Assembly: GCF_035084215.1 (NCBI RefSeq)
Contig: NW_027139217.1
Location: 248,001-312,000 of the forward strand
Origin: Heptranchias perlo
Taxonomy: Eukaryota
Length of the DNA stretch: 64,000 nucleotides
Reading direction: 5' to 3'
Shown: positions 37,375 to 49,679 of the stretch, piece by piece
How positions within the stretch are numbered: the first letter of the stretch is position 1
Layout of the letters: each line of letters starts with the position of its first letter
Position numbers and translations under genes: made by a program
Notes under the pieces: model-generated
What the model saw: only the letters and a program-made list of their open reading frames with translations
The model's database searches: none
Told to the model about the DNA's origin: nothing

Positions 37375-38871
37375 GGGACCCGTGCAGGGAGTGAAGGGAC
37401 CGGGGACCCGTACAGGGAGTGAAGGGACCGGGGCCCCGTACAGGGAGTGAAGGGACCGGGGCCCCGTACGGGGAGTGAAGGGACCGGGGCCCCGTACGGG
37501 GAGTGAAGGGACCGGGGCCCCGTACGGGGAGTGAAGGGACCGGGGCCCCGTACAGGGAGTGAAGGGACCGGGGCCCCGTACGGGGAGTGAAGGGACCGGG
37601 GCCCCGTACGGGGAGTGAAGGGACCGGGGCCCCGTACAGGGAGTGAAGGGACTGGGCCTGATTGGGGAGTGAAGGGACCGGGGCCCCGTACGGGGAGTGA
37701 AGGGACCGGGGCCCCGTACATGGAGTGAAGGGACCGGGGCCCCGTACATGGAGTGAAGGGACCGGGGCCCCGTACATGGAGTGAAGGGACCGGGGCCCCG
37801 TACGGGGAGTGAAGGGACCGGGGCCCCGTACGGGGAGTGAAGGGACCGGGGCCCCGTACGGGGAGTGAAGGGACCGGGGCCCCGTACGGGGAGTGAAGGG
37901 ACCGGGGCCCCGTACGGGGAGTGAAGGGACCGGGGCCCCGTACATGGAGTGAAGGGACCGGGGCCCCGTACGGGGAGTGAAGGGACCGGGGCCCCGTACA
38001 GGGAGTGAAGGGACCGGGGCCCCGTACATGGAGTGAAGGGACCGGGGCCCCGTACAGGGAGTGAAGGGACCGGGCCCCGTACGGGGAGTGAAGGGACCGG
38101 GGCCCCGTACAGGGAGTGAAGGGACCGGGGCCCCGTACAGGGAGTGAAGGGACCGGGGCCCCGTACGGGGAGTGAAGGGACCGGGGCCCCGTACAGGGAG
38201 TGAAGGGACCGGGGCCCCGTACGGGGAGTGAAGGGACCGGGGCCCCGTACGGGGAGTGAAGGGACCGGGGCCCCGTACAGGGAGTGAAGGGACCGGGGAC
38301 CCGTACATGGAGTGAAGGGACCGGGGCCCCGTACGGGGAGTGAAGGGACCGGGGCCCCGTACAGGGAGTGAAGGGACCGGGGCCCTGTACATGGAGTGAA
38401 GGGACCGGGGCCCCGTACAGGGAGTGAAGGGACCGGGGCCCCGTACAGGGAGTGAAGGGACCGGGGCCCCGTACAGGGAGTGAAGGGACCGGGGCCCCGT
38501 ACAGGGAGTGAAGGGACCGGGGCCCCGTACAGGGAGTGAAGGGACCGGGGCCCCGTACAGGGAGTGAAGGGACCGGGGCCCCGTACATGGAGTGAAGGGA
38601 CCGGGGCCCCGTACGGGGAGTGAAGGGACCGGGGCCCCGTACAGGGAGTGAAGGGACCGGGGCCCCGTACAGGGAGTGAAGGGACCGGGGCCCCGTACAG
38701 GGAGTGAAGGGACCGGGGCCCCGTACAGGGAGTGAAGGGACCGGGGCCCCGTACAGGGAGTGAAGGGACTGGGGCCCCGTACAGGGAGTGAAGGGACCGG
38801 GGCCCCGTACAGGGAGTGAAGGGACCGGGGCCCCGTACAGGGAGTGAAGGGACCGGGGCCCCGTACAGGGA
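37375..38871. repeat. 28-bp minisatellite after the TM exon, ~53 units
   Basis: Unit gggagtgaagggaccggggccccgtac(a/g). Confidence 0.97.
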
Positions 38872-39145
38872 ATGGGAGGCGGACAAGAGGCACAATTTGG
38901 AGGAACGCAGAGATCTCGGAGGGTTGTAGGGCTGGAGGAGGTTACAGAGATAGGGAGGGGGCGAGGGCCATGGAGGGATTTGAAAACAAGGATGAGAATT
39001 TTAAAATCGAGGCGTTCCCGGACCGGGAGCCAGTGTAGGTCAGTGAGCACAGGGGGTGATGGGAGATCGGGACTTGGTGTGAGTTAGGATACGGGAGCAG
39101 AGTTTTGGATGAGTTGAAGTTTACGGAGGGTGGAAGATGGGAGGA
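38870..39145 (-). mobile_element. L2-clade LINE fragment
   Basis: LTDLHWLPVRERLDFKILILVFKSLHG. Confidence 0.8.
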
Positions 39146-39443
39146 TGTAGGGAGCTGATCACTCCTTGATTCTGGGTGCAGTACAGTCCGAACAAAGGTT
39201 GTGTGTATTTGGCGACTGAATGATGGAGTAAATTTAGTTACTGAGTATTGTTAACATCTTTAATCGAAATTGGGATTGTGTATTGAGTATTTATTTTTGT
39301 TGTAATAAAAGGAACAAAAAGGGAAGTACTCTTTGTGTCTGTGACTAAGTTTGTCTAATTTTATCGACGTTTATCGAAGTTTCTCTCTCCACTCTGTACC
39401 TTGTTTAAGCCGAGCCTCACAGGGTTAATGAGAAAATGCTTCA
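39146..39443 (+). repeat. 5' LTR
   Basis: tgtagggagctgatcactcc...agggttaatgagaaaatgcttca; AATAAA at 39304; homologous to 45592-45889. Confidence 0.8.
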
Positions 39444-40683
39444 GGTTTCAGTGCGTGACGTGGATCCTGAGTTTAAAAGGAGTGTAAACTACCGCAGACA
39501 GTGAGCTCTGTCTGAGCTCAGTGCTGTTATGGCCGATATGGAAGGACAAATATCTGCCCATATAGCTGAGAAACTTCCGAAGTGGGAGGAAGAGTTTCAG
39601 GGCATGGAAAGCCAGGCAGACACGATGAGGGCGTGTCAGGGGAGATTTCATCAATTAATTCAGGACAAGGAACTTAAAGAGAAACAAGAGAAAGCCGTAT
39701 GGTTCTTAGCGATGGGCATTCAGTCCAAAACAAGGACGGAGCGGCAGGAGAAGAAGGTTGTTTTTCGGACTGGAGGGAGGTGGAGCACCGAAACAACGGG
39801 CGATACACGGGCCAATTTAGCGCCCAGAGGGTTTTGAAAAAGAACTGGGAATGAAGGAAGAGATTTTTAAACAGGAGCAGAGAGACAAGGAAAAGGCTTT
39901 GGACAAAGAGGGGAAGAATAAAGAGATGGTGGAGAGACGAGTCCAGTCTCTCGAAAACCACGTTGAGTATTTCCAGACAAAGGTTCTCAGTGAGGACAGA
40001 GAACTTGAGAGATTTAAAGCTCTGAATAATAATCAGGAACTCTTGTGTTTGAAATTGCGAAGAGAACATGATGATTTCTGAGCAACAGTGAGAAGCCAGT
40101 TTGAGTTGGTTAAACAGGTTGGGGAGGGAGATGAAGTGAGTCGCACTCACTGTCAGCGAGAGACACTAAAGTTCCCGGCGGTGTTGAGAGTAAAAGGGGG
40201 GATAGTGTGAACGATAGTGCCGCCTGGTGAAGAGGGGGAAGGAAGGGAGTTGGATGAGGGAGACTGGGAAGATTTGGCAGGGAAGGCAGCACAGTCCCAT
40301 AGTGGGGATTGTGAGCCCAGACTCAGAGAGCTGCCCCCACCTATGGAGCCAGTGATTCAGGTAAAGAGAGAGGACGCAGACAGAGACCCAGGAGAGGGAG
40401 TGAGTCACTATGTAGGACTGGATAGTCAGCAGGTCCTTCAGGAACGAGCCAAACAAGTCCCCGAGTTTGACAGGAAAGGGGACGTGATGAGACATTGTGT
40501 AGAAGGGGAACAAACGGCTGTGCCCAGCGGCATGGATGATGGGGGGAAGTGAGATTGTTACCGTGGACCTTGGGGGGGCTGTTTGGAGCGCTGACAGCAA
40601 ACCGTAAAAATGGTTCCGGGGATTGGCGACAAACACAGGAAGCTGGATTAACAGCGATCGGGTTTAATAGAAGGGAACACACC

Positions 40684-41210
40684 GAGGGTCTAAAAATACC
40701 ATCAGGGGCCCACTGAGGGTCTAAAAATACCATCAGGGGCCCACTGAGGGTCTAAAAATACCATCAGGGGCCCACTGAGGGTCTAAAAATACCATCAGGG
40801 GCCCACTGAGAGTCTAAAAATACCATCAGGGGCCCACTGAGCGTCTAAAAATACCATCAGGGGCCCACTGAGAGTCTAAAAATACCATCAGGGGCCCACT
40901 GAGGGTCTAAAAATACCATCAGGGGCCCACTGAGGGTCTAAAAATACCATCAGGGGCCCACTGAGGGTCTAAAAATACCATCAGGGGCCCACTGAGAGTC
41001 TAAAAATACCATCAGGGGCCCACTGAGGGTCTAAAAATACCATCAGGGGCCCACTGAGGGTCTAAAAATACCATCAGGGGCCCACTGAGGGTCTAAAAAT
41101 ACCATCAGGGGCCCACTGAGGGTCTAAAAATACCATCAGGGGCCCACTGAGAGTCTAAAAATACCATCAGGGGCCCACTGAGGGTCTAAAAATACCATCA
41201 GGGGCCCAGT
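40684..41210. repeat. 31-bp minisatellite in ERV gag, ~17 units
   Basis: Unit gagggtctaaaaataccatcaggggcccact. Confidence 0.96.
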
Positions 41211-41814
41211 GAATATCGCGAGGTGTTTGCCAATCGATTATAACGACTCTATGATCGGGTGTACGGTCCAGGATTGAACGGTGGGTCTTCGGGCAGCGTC
41301 CCACAGTGAGCCACTGGTTTAGAAGCCTGAACGGTCAGGCCCGACCCTATTTGCCGTCTGCCCTTGTGGGATTCGATCCCAGAGGAGGCGAACCAGAGTG
41401 AGGCGTGGGTCCTTCAGAGAATGACCCGAACCTGGGAAAACCGGAAAGTGGGTGGTGAGCCCGGGGTAAGTCTGGTCACAGCTCGGAAAAATGAGGGACC
41501 AGGGACTCAGAAACAGGGTCAGGATAAGAAAGGGAGCGGGAAACCAACAGAAAAACCCATAAATACAAGTGTCAGGGTGAGAGGGAGCAGTGGGATGAAA
41601 TGTTCCAACTGTAGGGAGACGGGACACCTTGCTCGGGACTGTGGGCAGGACTGGAAGGGAGATCAGGCTGGTGAGGAAAGAGGCCGGGCAGGATTGGACC
41701 CTGACTTGGCAGAGTTTGGGAGAGAGCTCGATAACACATTCCATGGGGCGATTCCGAGTGTCCCCGGCACCAGGATCACTGATGGAGGGAGACAGGAGAG
41801 GAGACAAAGAGACG

Positions 41815-42566
41815 GGGTCCGGGCACAGTGACCCGGGGGGAGGGGGGTCACAGTGACCCGGGGGAGGGGGGGGTCACAGTGACCCGGGGGAGGGGGGGGG
41901 TCACAGTGACCCGAGGGAGGGGGGGGTCACAGTGACCCGGGGGGGGGGGGTCACAGTGACCCGGGGGGGGGGTCACAGTGAACCGGGGGGGAGGGTCCGG
42001 TCACAGTGACCCGGGGGGGAGGGTCCGGTCACCGTGACCCGGGGGAGGGGAGAGTCACAGTGAACCGGGGGGGGGGGTCACAGTGACCCGGGGGGGGTCA
42101 CAGTGACCGGGGGTGGGGGGGGTCACGGTGACCCGGGGGGGGAATGTCCGGTCACAGTCACCCGGGGGGGGGTCACAGTCACCCGGGGGAGGGGGGGGGT
42201 CACAGTGACCCGGGGGAGGGGAGGGTCCAATCACAGTGACCGGGGGGAGGGGAGGGTCCGATCACAGTGACCGGGGGGAGGGGAGGGACACAGTGACCCG
42301 GGGGAGGAGAGGGTCCGGTCACAGTGACCCGGGGGAGGGGGGGGTCACAGTGACCCGGGGGAGGGGAGGGTCCAATCACAGTGAACGGGGGGAGGGGAGG
42401 GTCCGGTCACAGTGACCCGGGGGAGGGGAGGGTCACAGTGACCCGGGGGAGGGGAGGGTCCAATCACAGTGACCGGGGGGAGGGGAGGTTCCGGTCACAG
42501 TGACCCGGGGGAGGGGAGGGTCCGGTCACAGTGACCCGGGGGAGGGGAGGGTCACAGTGACCCCGG
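41815..42566. repeat. G-rich minisatellite in the ERV with a hairpin core
   Basis: ggtcacagtgacc followed by variable G runs. Confidence 0.93.
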
Positions 42567-44039
42567 GCGGGGTGGGGGGAGGATGGGAAAAGCAGAGCCC
42601 GAGGGAAAGGACAAACACTGCCGGAGTTCCCCAGGCTCCCTCAGTAAAGGTGGTCCCATCTTTCCTGGGTTCGGGTGGGTATTGGAGGGACTGGACAGCA
42701 GACTCTGTGACTCTCAGCACTCCCTTATTTGCCTTGCTAAAGACGGATGCGCCCTGGGACTGGACGCCTGCCTGCACAGAGGCAGTGGGGAAACTAAAAG
42801 CTGCTCTTCACACAGCTCCCGTCTTACAACAGCCACCCCAGAAGGCCCTTCCTCACTCCAAGTGGCAGTTTCCGAGTTTGCTCTGCCAGCTGGATTGCTG
42901 CAGGAGACACCGGGGAAGTTGTGTCCTGTAGCGTGTGTCTCCTGGGTCCTAAGGCCGGTCCAGGTTAATTATTCAGCAGGTGAAGGGCACGTCTCAGCCA
43001 CATTCTGGACCGGTGCAGCTTTTCACTGACATCATTGGCCGAGCATTTGTTCACATCTCACTCCCCGACCGAGTTATTGTTCGATGGGAGATTGAAAGAT
43101 GGGTCAGTCTCAATAACTGACCAGTGAGGTGGACCTTCCTCCTCCAGGGTAGAGATACCGTGGACAAACACACCAGAGACTGACCCGAACTGACCCGGAA
43201 AGCTGCTGTATCAGGGTCGGCCCCACCGTTATAAGGTAACCACCGATCTGGGGAATGGACCGATTCAAGGCCCAGAAAATTCCCAACTCTACTCCAGTGT
43301 TTGTTGGCGGCTCCTGACGAGCAAAGAGAGGGGTTACACCTAACTGGCTGTGGGATATATTTCCACAACAGGGAAAGGAGATCTCCCGACTGTGACCATC
43401 CCCGCTCTGGGCTCAAACAGCTGAATCAGCAGTGATTATCGAGATGATGACCCAGATGAGCCAGGTTCAGCTCCCAGCCGCCATCGATTCAGATTCCCGG
43501 ACGGAATCCTCACCCATCTGGGAAAAGAGAGGTTTTCCATCAGCGGATGGGAAGCTTTTCCCATCGGCCCCCCCCACGACTTCAGTCCGTTTCCTCACAC
43601 ATTAAATCGTACGCAGGGCAAATTACATCACAGAAAGTTAAAGCTCACACCAGGAACGGGAGTGGGTGGGAAGGAAATGAGAGGGCAGAGCAGTTGGTCA
43701 AAGAAGGGGGAGAGAATGGAATTCAGTGGGACCCTCGAACGAGAGCTTCCCCAGCAGAGATTGTGACCTTCCTGAAAGATCCTCTGACTCTGGGGGATTT
43801 GAAGGAGACGCAGGCTGAGGAGATCCAAATCCAGCAAGTGATTAATTCACTGGAGGAGGGAATCTCCCCTCCGAGCCCGGGTGAAGAGAGAAAGGGATTA
43901 ACAGTTAAGGCTGGTTTATTATTCCGGGTCGGAGCATGGGTCGGACTGGAGGGCTTAAGGAATCACTTCCTTTATCAGGCACACCAGGCACCTACAGTGT
44001 GACATTCTGGTCCAGTCACAACTCTCACCCCATTAAAGG

Positions 44040-44295
44040 GGCAGTCTGGTGATCTGGCAGTCTGGTGATCTGGCAGTCTGGTGATCTGCCGGTCTGGTGA
44101 TCTGGCAGTCTGGTGATCTGGCAGTCTGTTGATCTGGCAGTCTGTTGATCTGGCAGTCCGGTGATCTGCCGGTCTGGTGATCTGGCGGTCTGGTGATCTG
44201 GCGGTCTGGTGATCTGGCGGTCTGGTGATCTGGCAGTCTGGTGATCTGGTGGTCTGGTGATCTGGCAGTCTGGTGATCTGACAGTCCGGTGATCC
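44040..44295. repeat. 16-bp minisatellite in the ERV integrase region
   Basis: Unit tctggtgatctggcag. Confidence 0.95.
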
Positions 44296-45591
44296 ATTGA
44301 TTCAGACCAAGGAAGTCATTTCACCGGGGAGGAGATGCAGCACGCTGGGGGTTAAAATGTACGTTGATGGAAAAGTGCGGCCTATGGAATGGGACAGATC
44401 GGCCAACAGGTTCTGGTCAAGACTTATGACCAGACCGGCCCATTCTCTGCGACCTATCAAGGCCCAGACCCATAGTGGACAAGGCCAGCCCATCGCTGTA
44501 CAAGGTGATGATGGGCAAAAGGAAAAGTGGTTCCATGTTAACCAGCGAAAAGCATTTCCCAACCAGAATCCGCCCCCAGCAGGTTCAATAAATGAAATCC
44601 CATTGGACAATATCCCATGGGGGGAACGACCCCGGTGTTGGGACGATGAGCCCTTCCCCCGAGCTCCATCGTCCTCACCAGAGAGAAGGGGCCGACAGCA
44701 ATTGAGAGGGAGACGACTATCTCTCCCTGCCCAGGATGTCATTAAAGGGGAAGCGATCCTGGGGACAACCCTTCTGAGGTTCCGAAGGGAAAGAGAGGGA
44801 GGATCAGGGATTAACAAAGAACAGCCATTACTGCCCGTGTTTTCTCTTTCTCCTGATGTGTAGACTGTTAAAGACCAAGTCTCCTGGGGTGGCTGTTCAA
44901 CATGAAACTATCAACACTTCTCAATATCTCCATCTGGGTCTACGGATACACAACGTCCTAAGTCAGACCACTTCTGCCCACTGGGACTCTCCACAACTGA
45001 TACACCCCCCAAATGTTTGGAGATCATGAAGGGTGGAGATTGTTGATAACAATGGACAATATCCGTGGGTCAGGATCACATCGATGTTGTTATTGATAAT
45101 TCAGATTGGACTGGTGATTGTTGCACTCGGGATTTTTAAATCGACCTGACACAGACAGAGACAAATAGTCCCTGCTCGACAACAAGTGGAAATGGAACGG
45201 TGATATGGCTTCCACCAATGATCATCCTTTGTCTAATGTCCTGTTAGATACTGCACAAGTGTGAGTATCCGTTCGTTCAGACTGTACGAGCACTCGACAA
45301 TCAGCGATGATCAGATCACTCATTAAAAGTGGATCTGGATCAATCTGATCCACTCGAGGAGGGAGTTTCGAGATTGATGAATAAAAGGACTGAAGGGAAA
45401 TGTTGACGGTCAGCGTGCTGGTGCATCATGGGATATTTGACCATGTTGTGCTCCACTGTGTTGAGCGAGAGACATTCTTTGTAAATTTAACAGTGACCTT
45501 GTCTTCGAGCGATCCTGTGGAAACTTAATGTGGGACAGAAACCGCCTACGAGGGAGAAGAGCTCAGACGTGTGTGGGGGAACCTCCAGAGA

Positions 45592-45889
45592 TGGAGGGAG
45601 CTGATCACTCCTTGATTCTGGGTGCAGTGCAGTCCGAACAAAGGTTCCGTGGATTTGGCCACTGAAAGATATTGTAAATTTAGTGACTGAGTTTTGTTAA
45701 ACTCTGTAATCGAAATTGGGATTGTGTATTGAGTATTTATTTTTGTTTTAATAAAGTGAACAAAAAGGGAAGTACTCTTTGTGTCTGACTAATTTTATCT
45801 AATTGTATCTCTAAGTTTATCTAAGTTGATCACTCTGCTCAGTAACTTGTTTAAGCCGAGCCTCACAGGGTTAATGGGAAACTCCGACA
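45592..45889 (+). repeat. 3' LTR
   Basis: tggagggagctgatcactcc...gggttaatgggaaactccgaca; visibly diverged from the 5' LTR. Confidence 0.8.
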
Positions 45890-46084
45890 CTGGGGATTGA
45901 CTCTGGGCCCTGCCTGGTGTGTGACTCAGAGAGTTCACCCAGTCAGTAGCTGAGCCCAGGGACAATCCCCAGTCTGCAATCCCCCATCGGAGAACTCATC
46001 TCTTCCCCTTTCTGTTCCTCACTATCACCCGTCACAAATCACAAAACACACACTTACTGAGTTTTCCTCCACATTTATTTCCAG

Positions 46085-46119
46085 ATGTTAAACTTCTCAC
46101 ATTTGAGGCGTTGAAATAA
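46085..46119 (+). CDS. Candidate cytoplasmic-tail exon DVKLLTFEALK*
   Basis: Pyrimidine-rich acceptor ttttcctccacatttatttccag|; phase-1 compatible with the TM donor at 37247; lies just beyond the ERV. No homology check possible. Confidence 0.35.
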
Positions 46120-47989
46120 CGTGACTCTTAAAACACACAAAGATACGAGAAATGACGGCCAGGAAAAGACACTCTGGTCCATCAAGCCTGACCCACAACT
46201 ACCAAGCCTTGTGTATCACAATATATCGACTCCCCACCCCACCCGAGACCACGTGATCTCCTGGGAGAGGCAGAAAAACAGATTAAAAACACAGGCAATT
46301 TGGGGAAATAAATCGGGGAAATTCCTCTCCGACCCCCTTAGGCGATGGGAACTCGTCCAGGAGATCACTCTGGCCCTGATACGGCCCTGCATTACAAGGC
46401 GATTGCTTTTCCACTCCTACTCTGCGGACACCATCTGAACACAGGGTCTCGGAGCCTGGTCTCTGACCATCTCCAGTCCAGCTCTGTCCCAGCAGACACT
46501 CCCTGAACATTCGGCAATGATTGAAACCAGTCGGTGGATTGTCCAGAGTTCCCACTTCCGTCTCGTGACAGCTTGAACAAAAACTCTCCCAATCTTTCTT
46601 TTAAAGTGTTTACTGTAATATCCTTGAATTCACCGGGATCTGATCCCATTCCATTAATTCACCGGGATCTTATCACGTTCCATTAATTCACCGGGATCTG
46701 ATCCCGTTTCTTTAATTCACCGGGATCTGATCCCATTCCATTAATTCACCTGGATCCTATCCCATTCCATTAATTCACCAGGATCTGATCCCATTCCATT
46801 AATTCACTGGGATCCGATCCCATTCCTTTAATTCACCGGGATCTGATCCCATTCCTTTAATTCACTGGGATCTGATCCCATTCCATTAATTCACTGGGAT
46901 CCGATCCTATTCCTTTAATTCACCGGGATCTGATCCCATTCCTTTAATTCACCGGGATCTGATCCCATTCCATTAATTCACCAGGATCTGATCCCGCTCC
47001 ATTAATTCACCGGGATCTGATCCCATTCCTTTAATTAACCGGGATCTGATCCCATTCCTTTCATACACCGGGATCTGATCCCATTCCATTAATTCACTGG
47101 AATCTGATCCCATTCCTTTAATTCACCGGGATCTGATCCCATTCCTTTAATTCACTGGGATCTGATCCCATTCCATTAATTCACTGGGATCTGATCCCAT
47201 TCCTTTAATTCACCGGGATCTGATCCCATTCCTTTAATTCACCAGGATCTGATCCCATTCCATTAATTCACTGGGATCTGATCCCATTCCTTTAATTCAC
47301 CGGGATCTGATCCCACTCCTTTAATTCACCGGGATCTGATCCCATTCCTTTAATTCACCGGGATCTGATCCCATTCCTTTCATTCACCGGGATCTGATCC
47401 CATTCCTTTAATTCACCGGGATCTGATCCCATTCCATTAATTCACCGGGATCTGATCCCATTCCTTTAATTCACTGGGATCTGATCCCATTCCATTAATT
47501 CACTGGGATCTGATCCTGTTCCTTTTGGCCGTGCTGTGCTCAGTGGATTGGAATTCAGTTACTGAGCCAGCAATGATTGGATGGAACATCAGCTCCTGAC
47601 CATTGACGGGCCGAATGGGGCAAAATGTGAATCTAATCATCGGGATCTTTCCCATTTGTTGGGAATCTCTTCAAGCGTGAACTCCTTTTTGAGACATTTT
47701 TTAGACCGCCTAAATTTGGAGGGCCGACCACATGTTTTTCCACAAACTCCCCGGCTCCCGTACAGTGTTCACTTTTAGCACAACCCAGAACTCAATCAGG
47801 GTGGGTTACAGAGCAGGAGAGTGTGGGTCACCCACTGGTCAGGGTGGGTTACAGAGCAGGAGAGTGTGGGTCACCCACTGGTCAGGGTGGGTTCCAGAGC
47901 AGGAGAGTGTGGGTCATCCACTGGTCAGGGTGGGTTACAGAGCAGGAGCGTGCGGGTCATACTGTCTGTCTGGAGACACACTGAGACCC

Positions 47990-49675
47990 CACACCCAGTC
48001 TGAAAGTGGATAATGTCCTATTGGACCGTTCACACCTCGGGCCTGTTGAAATGCCAAGTGAACCCACCCTTGTCCACTGGTCCAGAAGCCCGTTGATCCT
48101 GAATGAGGCCTCCCGCCCATATGTCGAAGCATTATCTGAAGAGCCTGATGGCTGTAGCCCAACCCCTGGAGAACACTGTGCTCCCAGGACCACCAGCTCG
48201 AGTTCAGATGCTGTGACAAAGGAGACCTGTGGAAACATTACTGGTGGAGCGAGGCTCAACTGGAGAAATATCCCCACCAGTTGGTCCTTCTGGATGACGA
48301 AACTGACTGTGACTCTCACTCACTCTCTCAGTGCGGATGGGAGAAGACCCTGATCTCACCTATCAGTTCACCCACTGGTAGATAGTTCCTCTGGAGGTCA
48401 AACCAAACCACATTGTGAAAACACGGAGACTCAAGCTGCTAATGCCGAGGATTCTCACTACTCCTGGTCTCCTGGACCCAAGTGTCCAGAGTGATCCACG
48501 TCCACATGGAAGGACTGGAAATGGCCCACCATCCAGATCTGTGGTGGGCTATCAAGGCAGGAATCACTGCTTGGGGAGGTGGAGCTGGACAGGGTCTCGA
48601 AGGTCACTTGTTGTGATCTCCCTGTATTCCAGGTCCTAATCTGGAATGATGGGCTGGCCTGGAACAAAGGACAATGGGGTCCGGTTAAAGCCTTGAAAAG
48701 GCTGCTGTCCCTGAAGGGGTCTCTAGATGGGGGATGGGCTAAGCTACAAAGTGAGACTGTGCCCCGTTGGGTGCCAATCCAGGAATGCCTGAAGGTTCTG
48801 CTGGAGATGCTTGTCGCCCTGCAGCAGCTCCTCCACTTGCTCACCACAGAAGCCCTCAGCATCGAACGGCAGCTGCAGTCGTTGCTGCTCCAGTTCCTGA
48901 AGGAACCCCAAGGTGCACAGACAAGCTAATTGGCGATACAAGATCCACTGGACGATGGACGCTGCTCCTACATCGAGGGCACACACACGGCCTGCTGCTG
49001 CAGTGATGCTCTCTGAAGGTGGTCCTCACTCTGTGGCAGGGATTCCTCCCTCAACTCACCTGCGAGACATTAACCTGCTGATAAGTAAAGCCGGCCCCAG
49101 TGGATTTGGTTCAAGGAACACGGGAGATGCACCAAACCCTGCAGGAAGGTCCACCAGACCCACATGTCCCACCATTTGGATTGTGGTGGGTGGAACAGGA
49201 CCAGTTTCCTGGGCGGTGACCTTCCTTCTGATGTTTTCAGGACTGAAGTTCACCAGGGGGATCAGTGAACTGCAAGGTGTGACGCAGGGTGGTGGAGGCA
49301 CTATGGACACTGTCCACCTTGGCCATAACCGGAGGCTGCTTATCAAGTCTGCCCAAACTGCCCTGGAGATTGGTGGGACGAATCCAGCAAAGGTCGGTGC
49401 CAGAGGCCTTTTCAAGACCCCCAGTAAAGACTCAACCCCCCGGGTGCAGGGACTTGTGGAACTGACAGTTTCAGACTCTGGGTCACCCTTGTGTTGAAGA
49501 GATGAAGAAGCCTCAGTGACTGGAGGTCGTGGTCTGAATCAGGCTCCCAACTGGGCTTCCGAAGGTGGGAAGCCTCCGGGCAGCTTCCTCGGGCTGAACC
49601 GACAGGGAAGGTTGATAGGGAACCCTGGGAACAGGGATGAGGGCGGCTACATCAGCACCGAGTTCATGAACACAA
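47990..49675 (-). mobile_element. Duplicate DIRS-like fragment
   Basis: Copy of 3100-4745 with an extra ~33 bp near 49608-49640. Confidence 0.45.
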
Positions 49676-49679
49676 GGGC

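Larger units (their letters stand above)
39146..45889 (+). mobile_element. Decayed retrovirus-like LTR element with dual RNase H
   Basis: Two ~298-bp TG...CA LTRs; coiled-coil gag and CSNCRETGHLARDC zinc knuckle (~41600); RT thumb FLGSGGYWRDW; degenerate RNase H tether (~42850-43030); second RNase H (VFVGGS, AQTAE, DSDSR, KVKAH...GNERAEQL); integrase ends. Confidence 0.85.

Noticed and set aside
37292-39050. ORFs of 524-583 aa on the minus strand
   Set aside because: 28-bp repeat plus an L2 fragment.
39444-39470. tRNA primer-binding site after the 5' LTR
   Set aside because: No clear TGG-initiated tRNA complement is recognisable.
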